From: Candidatus Versatilivorator sp. | GTDB lineage: Bacteria > Acidobacteriota > Terriglobia > Versatilivoradales > Versatilivoraceae | Assembly: GCA_965207735.1 (NCBI GenBank) | Contig: OZ242296.1 | Span: 3,776,001-3,840,000 of the forward strand | Direction: 5' to 3' | DNA length: 64,000 bases | Shown here: positions 9,944 through 19,949 of the stretch, one piece after another | How positions within the stretch are numbered: the first letter of the stretch is position 1 | How the letters are laid out: every line of letters starts with the position of its first letter | Notes under the pieces: model-generated | The model's database searches: none | What the model was told of the DNA's origin: nothing | Seen by the model: the letters and a program-made list of their open reading frames with translations, nothing else | Made by a program: the position numbers and the translations under genes

Positions 9944-11548
9944 ATGAAACTGGCGAAATGGACGTGCTGGCTTGTTTGCGGAGTGCTGCTGTCACCGCTG
10001 GCGGTGATGGAGGCTCAGAAGAAGAAGGACAGGCAGCGGGAGCGGTCGCTGCGCCGGGAAACTCAGGACCGGTTCCTCAAGAAATGGCTCAAGCAGGACG
10101 TCTCCTTCATCATCACGCCTGAGGAGAGAGATGCGTTCGACAGTTTGAGCAGCGACGAGGAGCGCTACCAGTTCATCGAGCAGTTTTGGCTGAGACGGGA
10201 TCCCAACCCGGACACCATCGTCAACGAGTTCCGGGACGAGCACTACCGGCGCATCGCCTACGCCAATGAGCGTTTCACTTCAGGCAAGATGGGCTGGAAG
10301 ACCGATCGCGGGCGCATTTACATCATGTACGGCCCCCCGGATCAGATCGAGACCCACCACGGGGGAGGCACCTACTACCGGCCCTACTGGGAAGGGGGAG
10401 GAAAGACCAGCACCCATCCCTTCATCACCTGGCGTTACCGTTACCTGGACGGGATGGACCTGGGATCGGAGGTCATCATCGAGTTCGTGGATCGCACCTT
10501 TACCGGCGAGTACCGCATGGCGCTCGATCCTTTCGAGAAGGACGCCCTCAAGAATACTCCGGTGGCCGACCTGACCGAAAACCAGAGAATGGGGCTGGGC
10601 GACGATTCGAGCCGCCATACCCGTTACCCCTCGGGGTTGTTCTATTCGACCTTTCAGATCAGCCAGATGAACCGGTTGAGACAGGTGGCGGCTCTCAACC
10701 GGGCTCCCAAGATCCGGTTCAAGGACCTGGAAACGGTGGTGGACACCAAGCTCACCTACAACGCCTTTCCCTTCGACTACCGGACCGACTTCATCAAGAT
10801 CACCGAGGACACCATCCTGACCCCCATCACCGTGGTCATGAAGAACAGCGACATGACCTTCAAGGACGCGGAGGGCGTCAAGAAGGCCGAGGTGAACGTC
10901 TTTGGCAGGATCACCACCATCACCGGCCGCTCGGTTCAGGTATTCGAGGAGGTTGTCCGGCAGATAGCGCCCGAGGCCCTCTTCAAGAGCACCCTGGAGA
11001 AGCGTTCCCTCTACCAGACCCGCATTCCCCTGAGATCGGGCCTCTACAAGCTGGAACTGGTGCTCAAGGACCTCAACAGCGGCAACATCGGCACCGTCTA
11101 CCACAGCATCCGGGTGCCGAAGTTTCCCCAGGACCAGTTGGCCACCAGCAGCATCATCCTGGCCGACCAACTGGAGCGGCTGCCCAGAAAGCAGGTGGGT
11201 TCCGGCCAGTTCGTGATCGGAAGCTCCAAGGTGCTTCCCAGCGTCGAAGAATCTTTCGGCAGAGACCGGCCCATGGGGGTCTATTTTCAGGTGTACAACC
11301 TGGCCAGGGACGAGCAGACCCAAAAGCCCTCCGCCACCATCGAATACGTGCTGAAGAAGGGCGGGAGGGAAATCGGCAGAGCCCTCGAGTCCAACGACAA
11401 GCTGGCCGGAGCGGCTCAGCAGATGACCCTGCAGAAGCTGGTGGCCCTGGACGAACTCGACCCCGGTCAATACAGCCTGGTGGTTCAGGTCACCGACAAC
11501 GTGGCTGACCGGTCTATCGCCCCCGAGGCCAAGTTCGTGGTTCGCTAG
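9944..11548 (+). CDS. GWxTD domain-containing protein, paralog 1
   Basis: FIEQFWLRRDP...EHYRRIAYANERF...GWKTDRGRIYIMYGPPD; signal peptide. Confidence 0.92.
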   Translation: MKLAKWTCWLVCGVLLSPLAVMEAQKKKDRQRERSLRRETQDRFLKKWLKQDVSFIITPEERDAFDSLSSDEERYQFIEQFWLRRDPNPDTIVNEFRDEHYRRIAYANERFTSGKMGWKTDRGRIYIMYGPPDQIETHHGGGTYYRPYWEGGGKTSTHPFITWRYRYLDGMDLGSEVIIEFVDRTFTGEYRMALDPFEKDALKNTPVADLTENQRMGLGDDSSRHTRYPSGLFYSTFQISQMNRLRQVAALNRAPKIRFKDLETVVDTKLTYNAFPFDYRTDFIKITEDTILTPITVVMKNSDMTFKDAEGVKKAEVNVFGRITTITGRSVQVFEEVVRQIAPEALFKSTLEKRSLYQTRIPLRSGLYKLELVLKDLNSGNIGTVYHSIRVPKFPQDQLATSSIILADQLERLPRKQVGSGQFVIGSSKVLPSVEESFGRDRPMGVYFQVYNLARDEQTQKPSATIEYVLKKGGREIGRALESNDKLAGAAQQMTLQKLVALDELDPGQYSLVVQVTDNVADRSIAPEAKFVVR

Positions 11549-11874
11549 CCGGCCTGGGGAAATCAGCCCGACTCGGCCCTGCCGGGCGGCTGGACGGTTT
11601 CCGGATTCCTCAATGTCCTACGAGATACCGTATCGGGTATCAAAACTACGGCGCCGGAGGCCAAAAAGCTGACCGTTCATTATAATTTATTCATTCCATT
11701 GAGCTTACTTGGGTTGAGCCCCTTGGAAGCGGCGGACGGGCAGACGGATGCGGAGCCACTGACTTCAATATTTCGTAGAATGGCGGTAGCGAGTTTGGAT
11801 GAGCGCGAGCGGAGTTGGATTCTAAAGAACTGAATAATAAAGGTTTAAGTTTATTTTTTTCATCTTCCGGATTT

Positions 11875-11890
11875 TGGCAAGCTGATTGCT
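11875..11890 (+). promoter_or_regulatory. Sigma-54 -24/-12 promoter
   Basis: TGGCAAGCTGATTGCT (GG-N10-GC) after an AT-rich tract, 94 bp before the receptor ATG. Confidence 0.7.
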
Positions 11891-11983
11891 CCTATAAAGC
11901 TGGTTAGGCATGATTTCTCGAAGTCGCTTCACAGAATCGACTTCATTTAAGTGGCAAACGTTAACTTGAGGAGGTATCCACTG

Positions 11984-14900
11984 ATGCAACGCTTTCTAAC
12001 AGTGGCGGGATTGGCCGTTGTCCTGGCCCTTACACTGTCCTACACGCCCCTGCTGGCCCAGGAGTACACCGGCATGCACGGAAACGTCGAGGACGAGACC
12101 GGCGCCAGGGTGACCCAGGTCGAGGTCACGGCGACCGAAGAAGCCACGGGAATTACCCGGTCCACCGTGAGCAACGAGGTAGGCATCTACGAGCTGCGCG
12201 GCCTGCCGCCCGGGACCTACACCCTGGCGGCCGAGCTGGCCGGCTTCAAGGCCTACACCAACAGCGGCGTGATCATCTTCGCCGGACGTCCCCGGCGCGT
12301 CAACATCGTGCTGCAGGTGGGCGATATCCAGGACACCATCACGGTTTCCGAGGAAGGCGCCGTCATCGAGACGGACAAGTCCAGCATCACCTACACCTTG
12401 CCCTACAAGGAGGTGGAGGCCTTCCGGATTGCCGCCAGCCTGATCTACACGGTGGGGAACAATCCCGGCGCCGAGTCCCGCAGTCAGGTGCACGGGGCCT
12501 TCGCCAACAACACCACCTCGCTGCAGGACGGCGTGGCCACCAATGCCTACGGCACCTTCCGGGCGCCTCAGGAACTGGTGCAGGAGATCAACCAGGTTTC
12601 GCTGAACGCCCCGGCCGAGTACAAGACCGCCACTACCATCAACGGGGTGGGCCGCGGCGGCACCAATCAGTACCACGGCGAGATTTGGATGCAGTTGGAC
12701 CATCCCCGCCTGCGGGCCTTGACCGTCGGCCAGACCCGGCATCCTCCCGCCAAGCCGGGTGTCCGCTGGAACTACACGGCCTCGGGTCCCATTTACATCC
12801 CCAAGATCTACGACGGCCGGGACAGGACCTTCTTCCACTTCTACGTTCAACCCAACAGGAGCGACCAGAAGGCTCCCATCCGGAACTATGTCTACCCCAC
12901 GGCGGCCATTCGCGGCGGGGACCTGACCGAGGTGGTGCAGCAGCAGTTGGGAGGGAATCCCGTCATCAATCCCTTTACGGGCGAGCCTTTCGCCAACAAC
13001 ATCATTCCCGCCGATATGATCAGCCCGGCGGCGATCGGGGCCCTGAGATACGCTCCCATGCCCAATGCTTTCAACCCCTTGGGCACCCTGGTCGACAACA
13101 CCCATGGGTTCCAGTTCGGGAGCAACGTGGAGAAGGACTGGCACGTGCGCTTCGACCACGCCATCACCGACTCCAACACCCTCTCCTTCAACCACTACGG
13201 CTACAACCGGGTCCTGGACGAAGGCAATACCATTTCGCTTTCGACTTGGTACGGCGACAACGCCACCCGCATGTGGAGTGTCCAGGATTCGCACATGTTC
13301 TCCCCCACGGTGATCAACGAGTTCACCTTCGGGACCAACGACCAGGGATACGACCAGCAGGGCGCCACCACCGACGGCAACACCCTGCTCAGGGAGTTCG
13401 GCATCGACCTGGGCGGGCGCACCTCGCCCGAGGGACCCGGATGCCCCCAGATCTACACGGGGCTGTGGGGATTCCAGCCGGGCGCCCTCTCCGGTTCCTT
13501 CTCGGCCACCGAGCTCACCTTCCCCTTCCTGGGACGCTGCGGCGCCGGCGGTGACAGCAGCAATCCCAAGGTCTGGGTGATGAAGGACAGCGTCTCCGTC
13601 AACAAGGGCACCCACCTCATCAAGTTCGGGATCGAGGCCAACTGGGAGCGGCCCTTCGGGTCGGCCAACAGTCCAGACGCCTGGGGTGTGTATCGCTTCA
13701 CCGGCCATTACAGCGGGAGCGACATTGGCGACTTCCTGCTCGGAGTCCCCCGAGAGACGTCAATCGCGACCTCCCGGGCCCCCGTTCACGCCCGCGGGTT
13801 CGACTTCGGGTTCTTCGCCCAGGACGACTGGAAGGTGACCCCGCGTCTGACCATGACCTACGGCGCCCGCATCCAGCACTTCGGGGCTCCTACGGACGCC
13901 AACGGACTCTTCTACAACTTCGACTTCGACAACCTGCGGGTGGTGGTTCCCGACCGGTCCTTCCACCACGTGGTGCCGGTGTGGCCGCAGGGAGCGATTC
14001 CGGTGGTGAAAGCCAGCGACGCCGGCTATCCCCAGAGCCTGGTCAACTTCACCACGGCCCACATCTCTCCGCGCTTCGGCTTGGCCTATCGCATCAACGA
14101 CTTCACCGTGATCCGGGCCGGCTACGGCATCTACCACGTGCCCTTCGCCATCGCCGGGGCAGGAACGAGCGGCCTCGGGCGGGCCGGCTGGCTGGGAGGC
14201 CGCGAGGCCGGACCCTTCGCCGGATCGGAGACGTTCGGGCCCAACGTGATCACCGACGGCGTGCCGCAGTTGACGTTCACGAATCCCTTCCTGCCCGCGG
14301 GCAGCGGCGCCACCTCCAAGCAGGGCGTGCGGGGGATTCCCCTCAACAGCCGCAAGGACGCCTGGGCTTACGACCAGCAGTGGAACCTGACCCTGGAGAA
14401 CGACCTGGGCGACGGTTGGGCCTCCCGGATTTCCTACGTGGCCTCCAAGGGAACCAGTTGGCCCTATCGGAGCAACCTGCAGACTCCCACCCCCAGCACC
14501 ATTCCCTTCGACGAGCGGACGGACAAGTTCCCCTGGGGCGAGAACTTCTCCTTCGTCGACCGGCACGACCTGGGAGGGACCGGAAGCTTCCACAGCATGG
14601 AAGTGGAAGCCACCCGCCAGTTCAGCCGGGGCATCTACCTGCGCGCCTGGTACGAGTGGAAGAAGAACCTGGCCGACGTCATCCCGGGGCTGTTTTCCTC
14701 CACCATCGGCTTCGAGGCCGAAGATCCGCTGGACCGCCAGCGCGACAAGGGCATCCAGAACGGAATCCGCCGGCAGCGCTGGCACGTGGGCGGGGTCTGG
14801 GATCTCCCCGTGGGCCAGGGGAGGCAGTACGCCGCCAACATCGGCGGCATTCTCAACACCCTGATCGGCGATTGGACGGCCGCCTTCAAGTTCACCGGCG

Positions 14901-15325
14901 GCTCCGGAACGGCCTTCACGCCCGGCTACTCCGGTTCGGATCCCTCCAACACCGGACGATCCAGCGGCCGTCCGGACCAGTTGTGCAATCCCAACGGCTT
15001 CGGCGAAACGCCAGGTTTCGGTTGGAACAAGTCCTGCTTTAAGATTCCTGACGCAGGAATCGGCCGCTACGGCAACGCCAGCCGCGGGATGCTGATTGCG
15101 CCTCGGGATTGGGGAACCGATCTCAACGTGTTCAAGCGGTTCAACCTGACCCAGTACGAGAACGGACCCTACTTCAACTTCGAGACCTACATCTCCAACC
15201 TCCTGAACCACCGCAACGCCTCGGGTCCCTCCTCGACCGATATCTCGGCTGCCAACTTCGGACTCTTCCAACCCAGCGGGTGGGAAGCGCGCCGCATCGT
15301 GTTCCGCTTGCGTCTCGGCTTCTAG
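11984..15325 (+). CDS. TonB-dependent receptor-like outer-membrane protein with N-terminal carboxypeptidase-regulatory-like domain, paralog 1
   Basis: RBS GAGGAGG; signal peptide; G.V.D.TGA.V..V.VT...G.Y.L.GLPPGTYTL; FAQDDWKVTPRLTMTYG; ends RLRLGF. Confidence 0.92.
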   Translation: MQRFLTVAGLAVVLALTLSYTPLLAQEYTGMHGNVEDETGARVTQVEVTATEEATGITRSTVSNEVGIYELRGLPPGTYTLAAELAGFKAYTNSGVIIFAGRPRRVNIVLQVGDIQDTITVSEEGAVIETDKSSITYTLPYKEVEAFRIAASLIYTVGNNPGAESRSQVHGAFANNTTSLQDGVATNAYGTFRAPQELVQEINQVSLNAPAEYKTATTINGVGRGGTNQYHGEIWMQLDHPRLRALTVGQTRHPPAKPGVRWNYTASGPIYIPKIYDGRDRTFFHFYVQPNRSDQKAPIRNYVYPTAAIRGGDLTEVVQQQLGGNPVINPFTGEPFANNIIPADMISPAAIGALRYAPMPNAFNPLGTLVDNTHGFQFGSNVEKDWHVRFDHAITDSNTLSFNHYGYNRVLDEGNTISLSTWYGDNATRMWSVQDSHMFSPTVINEFTFGTNDQGYDQQGATTDGNTLLREFGIDLGGRTSPEGPGCPQIYTGLWGFQPGALSGSFSATELTFPFLGRCGAGGDSSNPKVWVMKDSVSVNKGTHLIKFGIEANWERPFGSANSPDAWGVYRFTGHYSGSDIGDFLLGVPRETSIATSRAPVHARGFDFGFFAQDDWKVTPRLTMTYGARIQHFGAPTDANGLFYNFDFDNLRVVVPDRSFHHVVPVWPQGAIPVVKASDAGYPQSLVNFTTAHISPRFGLAYRINDFTVIRAGYGIYHVPFAIAGAGTSGLGRAGWLGGREAGPFAGSETFGPNVITDGVPQLTFTNPFLPAGSGATSKQGVRGIPLNSRKDAWAYDQQWNLTLENDLGDGWASRISYVASKGTSWPYRSNLQTPTPSTIPFDERTDKFPWGENFSFVDRHDLGGTGSFHSMEVEATRQFSRGIYLRAWYEWKKNLADVIPGLFSSTIGFEAEDPLDRQRDKGIQNGIRRQRWHVGGVWDLPVGQGRQYAANIGGILNTLIGDWTAAFKFTGGSGTAFTPGYSGSDPSNTGRSSGRPDQLCNPNGFGETPGFGWNKSCFKIPDAGIGRYGNASRGMLIAPRDWGTDLNVFKRFNLTQYENGPYFNFETYISNLLNHRNASGPSSTDISAANFGLFQPSGWEARRIVFRLRLGF

Positions 15326-15350
15326 CAGGACCGAGCGCCGGATCCTTTAC

Positions 15351-15385
15351 AAAAGCCCCGTGCAACCAGCACGGGGCTTTTTTTT
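15351..15385. terminator. Rho-independent terminator, possibly bidirectional
   Basis: AAAAGCCCCGTGC-AACCA-GCACGGGGCTTTTTTTT just after the receptor stop. Confidence 0.9.
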
Positions 15386-15431
15386 GCCATCGCTCCCCCC
15401 TTGAGAAGAAAGTAAAGGAATGGCCCCCCCC

Positions 15432-15455
15432 GGGAGCGCGGGCGTCCCGCCCGCA
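15432..15455. repeat. REP-like GGGAGCGCGGGCGTCCCGCCCGCA
   Basis: Same 24-mer at 31533 (1 mismatch), 58089, 58424, 61556 and inverted at 61732. Confidence 0.8.
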
Positions 15456-15592
15456 CAAGACTTGGCACGGCTTCGGCCTCTTATCGAAAGGGAATGCACC
15501 ATTGCTTCCATTCCGCTACAGTAACCATTTTTGACCAAGCTTGTTATTCCTGCTAGGATGGATGTCTGTGCTACCGCGTGGAGGTCTGGTCA

Positions 15593-15865
15593 ATGAATGT
15601 GTCTCTTACGTCGGAACTTGAAGCGTTTGTAGCAACCAAGGTGCGGAGTGGGCGCTACCATTCGGCCAGTGAGGTGATTCGTGAGGCATTGAGGCTGCTG
15701 GAGGAGCGTGAACAGTTGAGAGCCCTGAGAATTCGCGCACTACGGAAGAAAATTGGCGAAGGATTGGAGCAACTGGATCGCGGCGAAGGAATTGCCGGGG
15801 AGTTGATATTCTCCGAACTCGAGGCTGAGTTGGGCATCCTGGAACAAACCCGGCACGAAGATTGA
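15593..15865 (+). CDS. parD: ParD-family antitoxin (CC2985-like)
   Basis: MNVSLTSELEAFVATKVRSGRYHSASEVIREALRLL. Confidence 0.92.
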   Translation: MNVSLTSELEAFVATKVRSGRYHSASEVIREALRLLEEREQLRALRIRALRKKIGEGLEQLDRGEGIAGELIFSELEAELGILEQTRHED

Positions 15866-16152
15866 GTCGATACCTTCTTTCCCCAGCCGCGGTTCAAGAC
15901 CTCAGAGAAATTCAAGCCTACATTGCACGGGACAGCACTGACGCAGCCCGGCGGGTGGTCACTCGACTTCGCACGGCTTGCGAGCGACTCGCACGGAATC
16001 CGTTTATGGGACATTGTCGCGAGGATTTGACAGATCAACCGGTATTATTCTGGCCCGTAGGAGTGTATTCAGTCATCTATCGCCGAGAGACCACGCCTCT
16101 GGAAATCGTGCGGGTGTTGCACGGATCTCGGGACATTCAGAATCTGGTGTAA
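15862..16152 (+). CDS. parE: ParE/RelE-family toxin
   Basis: YLLSPAAVQDLREIQAYIA...NPFMGH.REDL...YSVIYR...EIVRVLHGSRD; 4-nt overlap with parD. Confidence 0.92.
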   Translation: MSRYLLSPAAVQDLREIQAYIARDSTDAARRVVTRLRTACERLARNPFMGHCREDLTDQPVLFWPVGVYSVIYRRETTPLEIVRVLHGSRDIQNLV

Positions 16153-16195
16153 CGAAAGCACCGTCCCTGCCAGCTCATCCAAGAACACTCTCGGA

Positions 16196-17350
16196 TTGAC
16201 GCCGCCGACAGCCTTGAACGTCCCGTTCAACACAACTCGAATCCTGCCGTTACTTCTCATTTTGTTATTTGGAGTCCCGCTGTTCTCGCGGGCGGACGCC
16301 TATCGGGAGGCGTTGGCAAGATACCGGGCCGGAAGTTACCTGGAGGCGCTGGTGGCCGTGCAGAATGCCGTGAGCCAGGATGAAGGCAATGCCTCCTACC
16401 ACCTGCTGCATGCCAAGGTCTTGGCAGAGCTACGACAGTACGGCGACGCCGAGATGAGCCTGAAGCGGGCAAGCGAACTGCGTCCCCAGTGGGTAGAGCC
16501 TTTCTACGAGTTGGGAGTGCTCCTGTTCAGGCGCGGGAATATCCAGGAGGCCGTTACGACGCTTGCCAAGGGAGTCGAGCTTGCACCCGATTCGGTCAAG
16601 ACTCGCTTTCTACTGGGCGTCAGCTATATGCAGATCAACCGGGACCATGCGGCCCTGGACCAGTTCAAGGCCGTGGAGGCGGCCGATTCACGCTACCCCG
16701 CGGTTCACCACAGCATCGGACGGGTTTACTTTAGGCAGGGCAGGGACAGCGATGCCATTGAGCACTTCGGAACCGAGTTGGAGCACAACCCCGATCATCA
16801 CGCGGCCAGGTTTCTCTTGGGCAAGGCGCTGGTACGAATGGGAAGGGCGGAAGAGGCGGTGGTGCACTTGCTCGGGCTTCAGGGGAAAGAGGTGGGCCAG
16901 GGGCAACTGCATTACTATCTGGGTGCGGCCTACCGCCGCCAGGGGAAACGGGCAGAGGCTCTGGAAGCGCTTCAGAAGAGCATCGCGCTCAATCCCAACT
17001 CCTATGAATCTCGCTACCTGCTGGCTCGGCTCTACCTGGAAACCGGCCAGTCCGACCTGGCCCGGAAGCATATGGCCATGTTCGAGCAATTGCGCCAGAG
17101 AGAAGGTCGGGGGCGGTCGGTCGATGCTTTGAAGCAGAAGGGGCAGGACCCGGAATTCAGCGAAGCCGACATCGACGGCGATGGCCAGTTGACCCCAGCC
17201 GAATTCGAAGGCTTCGTCAATACGCGGGTGAAGGGATTTACAAGGCACGGCGAGTTCTTCCAGGGTTTGGATGGCAACGGCGACGGCCGCCTGGACCGCC
17301 AGGAGTTCGCCCGGCGATTCGAGCTTCTGCGACAACTTCAGAGTCAATAA
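16196..17350 (+). CDS. Secreted TPR protein with a C-terminal EF-hand pair
   Basis: TPR units; DIDGDGQLTPAEF and DGNGDGRLDRQEF loops. Confidence 0.88.
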   Translation: MTPPTALNVPFNTTRILPLLLILLFGVPLFSRADAYREALARYRAGSYLEALVAVQNAVSQDEGNASYHLLHAKVLAELRQYGDAEMSLKRASELRPQWVEPFYELGVLLFRRGNIQEAVTTLAKGVELAPDSVKTRFLLGVSYMQINRDHAALDQFKAVEAADSRYPAVHHSIGRVYFRQGRDSDAIEHFGTELEHNPDHHAARFLLGKALVRMGRAEEAVVHLLGLQGKEVGQGQLHYYLGAAYRRQGKRAEALEALQKSIALNPNSYESRYLLARLYLETGQSDLARKHMAMFEQLRQREGRGRSVDALKQKGQDPEFSEADIDGDGQLTPAEFEGFVNTRVKGFTRHGEFFQGLDGNGDGRLDRQEFARRFELLRQLQSQ

Positions 17351-17476
17351 GAAGCAGGTTGGCGTTGGTCCGAATAGAGACGGCTTGAGGCTCTTGAGGT
17401 CCCAACAGGGGGGTTGCAAGTGAAGCTTCACCAAGGCCCCGGTCAGTGGTCGGCGGCTGAAAGCCCGGAGCCTGTG

Positions 17477-19315
17477 ATGAAGGACCGGTCGCGAGGGGAG
17501 ACCGGTTCCGGTGTGCCCGCCAAACGTCCGGCTCGTGGCTCATTCGGGTTCGGAATGGCCTGGGCGGTTCTGCTGATGGCGCACCTCCTCCAGGTTTCGG
17601 CCCAACCGCAAGCGATTCCCCAATTCGTCGACATTACCCGCTCCAGCAACATCACCTTCCGGCACATGAACGGTGCCGAGCGGAACAAGCGCTACCTGTT
17701 CGAGCTCAAGGGCGGCGGCGCCGGTTTCTTCGATTTTGATAACGATGGCTGGCTGGACCTCTTCATGGTTCAGGGATCCACCCTGGAGAGATTCCGCAAG
17801 GGAGACAACCCCCACGGCACTCTCTATCGAAACCAGGGAGACGGCACCTTCAGGGACGTGACCCGGAAGTCGGGACTGACCCGCACGGCCTGGGGGATGG
17901 GAGTCAGCTTCGGAGACTACGACAACGACGGCTTGGCCGATATCTACCTCAACAACCTGGGCTCCAACTTCCTTTACAGGAACCTGGGCGACGGGACTTT
18001 CCGGGATGTCACGGCGCAGGCCGGCGTGGGAGGTTCCGGGTGGACCTCGTCCTCGGCCTTCGGCGACTACGACGGGGACGGGGACCTGGACCTGTTCGTC
18101 TGCAACTACATCCACTACGACTTCGAGAACCTGCAGCCACCCGATCCCAAGCTGGTCTGCCACTACCGGGGCATTACCATCCCCTGCGGACCGCTGGGGC
18201 TCCAGGCCGGGTCCAACCGGCTCTACCGCAACAACGGCGACGGCACATTTGCCGACGTCACCAAGCCTTCCGGATTGGACGTGAACAACCGTTTTTATTC
18301 TCTGGGCGTGGTTTGGGCCGATCTGGACGGCGACGGGGACCAGGACCTCTACCTGGCCAACGACAGCACCCCCAATCAGCTCTATGTCAACCAGGGCAAC
18401 GGCACCTTCAAGGAAATGGGACTCTTGAGTGGGCTGGCAACCAGTGCCGCCGGAGACTTCCAGGGCGGTATGGGAGTGGATGCCGCCGACTACGACAACG
18501 ACGGGCGGTTGGACGTCTTCGTGACAAACTTCGCTCACGACTACAGCACGCTCTACCGGAACCGGGGCGGCCTCAACTTCGAGGACGTGACCCAGCAGGC
18601 TGGGTTGATTCAGCCGGAATGGCTGTTGGTCGGTTGGGGTACGGGCTTCTATGACCTCGACCACGACGGCTGGAAGGACATCTTCCATTCCAACGGACAC
18701 GTCTATCCCTTCATCCTGGACGCCGAATGGTCGGAGACCTATTTCCAGCCCTCCTCCATCTATATCAACCAGCGGGACGGGACCTTCAGGGACGTGAGAA
18801 AGATGGCGGGAGGCGATCTCCGGAAGGAGCTCTTGGGACGGGGGATGGCTTTCGCGGACTTCGACAACGACGGCGACATGGACTTCCTCATCGGCAACCT
18901 CAACGGCACCCCTCGCCTCTACCGGCACCAGGGGGCGGCCCCCAACCATTGGGTGATGTTCCGGGCCAAAGGGGTCCGGAGCAATCGCGACGGAATCGGG
19001 GCCCGCATCACCGTGGTTACCGGCCGGCTGCGGCAGGTCTGGGAGATCAAACGAACCGTCGGGATCTACTCGGCCAGCGATCCCCGAGCCCATTTCGGGT
19101 TGGGGAAAGCCGGCCGGATCGATCGGGTGGAGGTGAGATGGCCCAGCGGAGCGGTGCAGGAATTCAAGGGCGTGCCGGTCGACCGGCACTACCGGATCGA
19201 CGAAGATAAGGGGTTGGAGAGAGAGTTCTTGTCTGAAACAAACGAAAAAAGACTAGAGAAAAAGAGGAATCCACGAAGACACACGAAGGACGACGAAGGG
19301 CCACTAAGGCGCTGA
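17477..19315 (+). CDS. CRTAC1-family protein, subtype II; last 28 codons read into a repeat
   Basis: DxDxDG repeats, FELKGGG, EIKRTVGIYSASD, AHFGLG, VRWPSG; start uncertain (17414/17477/17555). Confidence 0.9.
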   Translation: MKDRSRGETGSGVPAKRPARGSFGFGMAWAVLLMAHLLQVSAQPQAIPQFVDITRSSNITFRHMNGAERNKRYLFELKGGGAGFFDFDNDGWLDLFMVQGSTLERFRKGDNPHGTLYRNQGDGTFRDVTRKSGLTRTAWGMGVSFGDYDNDGLADIYLNNLGSNFLYRNLGDGTFRDVTAQAGVGGSGWTSSSAFGDYDGDGDLDLFVCNYIHYDFENLQPPDPKLVCHYRGITIPCGPLGLQAGSNRLYRNNGDGTFADVTKPSGLDVNNRFYSLGVVWADLDGDGDQDLYLANDSTPNQLYVNQGNGTFKEMGLLSGLATSAAGDFQGGMGVDAADYDNDGRLDVFVTNFAHDYSTLYRNRGGLNFEDVTQQAGLIQPEWLLVGWGTGFYDLDHDGWKDIFHSNGHVYPFILDAEWSETYFQPSSIYINQRDGTFRDVRKMAGGDLRKELLGRGMAFADFDNDGDMDFLIGNLNGTPRLYRHQGAAPNHWVMFRAKGVRSNRDGIGARITVVTGRLRQVWEIKRTVGIYSASDPRAHFGLGKAGRIDRVEVRWPSGAVQEFKGVPVDRHYRIDEDKGLEREFLSETNEKRLEKKRNPRRHTKDDEGPLRR

Positions 19316-19417
19316 GGTTAACCGCGACGGGGTACCAAGATCGCGAAGGGATGGTCGATTTCTGATTGTTTCACTCTCGGATGATCCGCCCGGCAGGGCG
19401 GGGTCCTCGCTTGCCTG
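19228..19417 (-). repeat. Type-A repeat, copy 2
   Basis: Near-identical to 46-230; bounded by CTTGTCTGAAACAA and CTTGCCTGAAACAA. Confidence 0.85.
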
Positions 19418-19640
19418 AAACAACCCCTTGCGCCGGGTGGCTGGAGACCGGCTCAAGGTCAAGCATGGGTAGTTGGTTTATTCACATGGATGCACAGGAT
19501 GCACAGGGTTTTTTCTGAAGACGGCTGGCTTGCAGTCCTGGACATCCGCAAATCCGCACCGGATCTTCGCCCGAGTTGGCTTCTGGTGCAGGAAGCTCTC
19601 GTCCTGTAAATCCTGTGTATCCTGTGCATCCATGTTAATT
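19410..19640 (-). repeat. Type-B repeat joined head-to-tail with type A
   Basis: CTGAAACAACCCC...CATGGATGCACAGGAT...ATCCTGTGCATCCATG. Confidence 0.8.
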
Positions 19641-19642
19641 AT

Positions 19643-19872
19643 GAGCCTTTTGCAAATATCGCAATCGGGAATGACGTTGAGGCGGCAAGGATGATGTGCT
19701 GCAGGCTCCAGCATTCACCACGATAAGCACAAGAGACAACAGAAACCACAAAAAGCACAAGAGGCACAAAACGGGTTTCTTGATTTCGAGACTTGCCGAT
19801 CGGATGGTTCTTTTTGTGCCTTTTGTGGCCATTCCCGGCAAAGGTCCCGCTGCCGAATTTTGCAAACGCCTC
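19643..19872. mobile_element. 230-bp MITE with ends matching the IS at 45887
   Basis: GAGCCTTTTGCAAATATCG ... CGAATTTTGCAAACGCCTC; no transposase inside. Confidence 0.75.
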
Positions 19873-19949
19873 GACAAAAGAAAAAGAGTGATCCACGAAG
19901 AACGACGAAGGGCCACCAAGAGAAGACGGTGATCCGTGGGCAAGATCCA

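Noticed and set aside
11549-11983. Cobalamin riboswitch (GCCACTG at ~11755) or Fur box upstream of the receptor
   Set aside because: The other B12-element motifs are missing and the AT-rich tract fits the Fur consensus poorly; the sigma-54 reading fits better.
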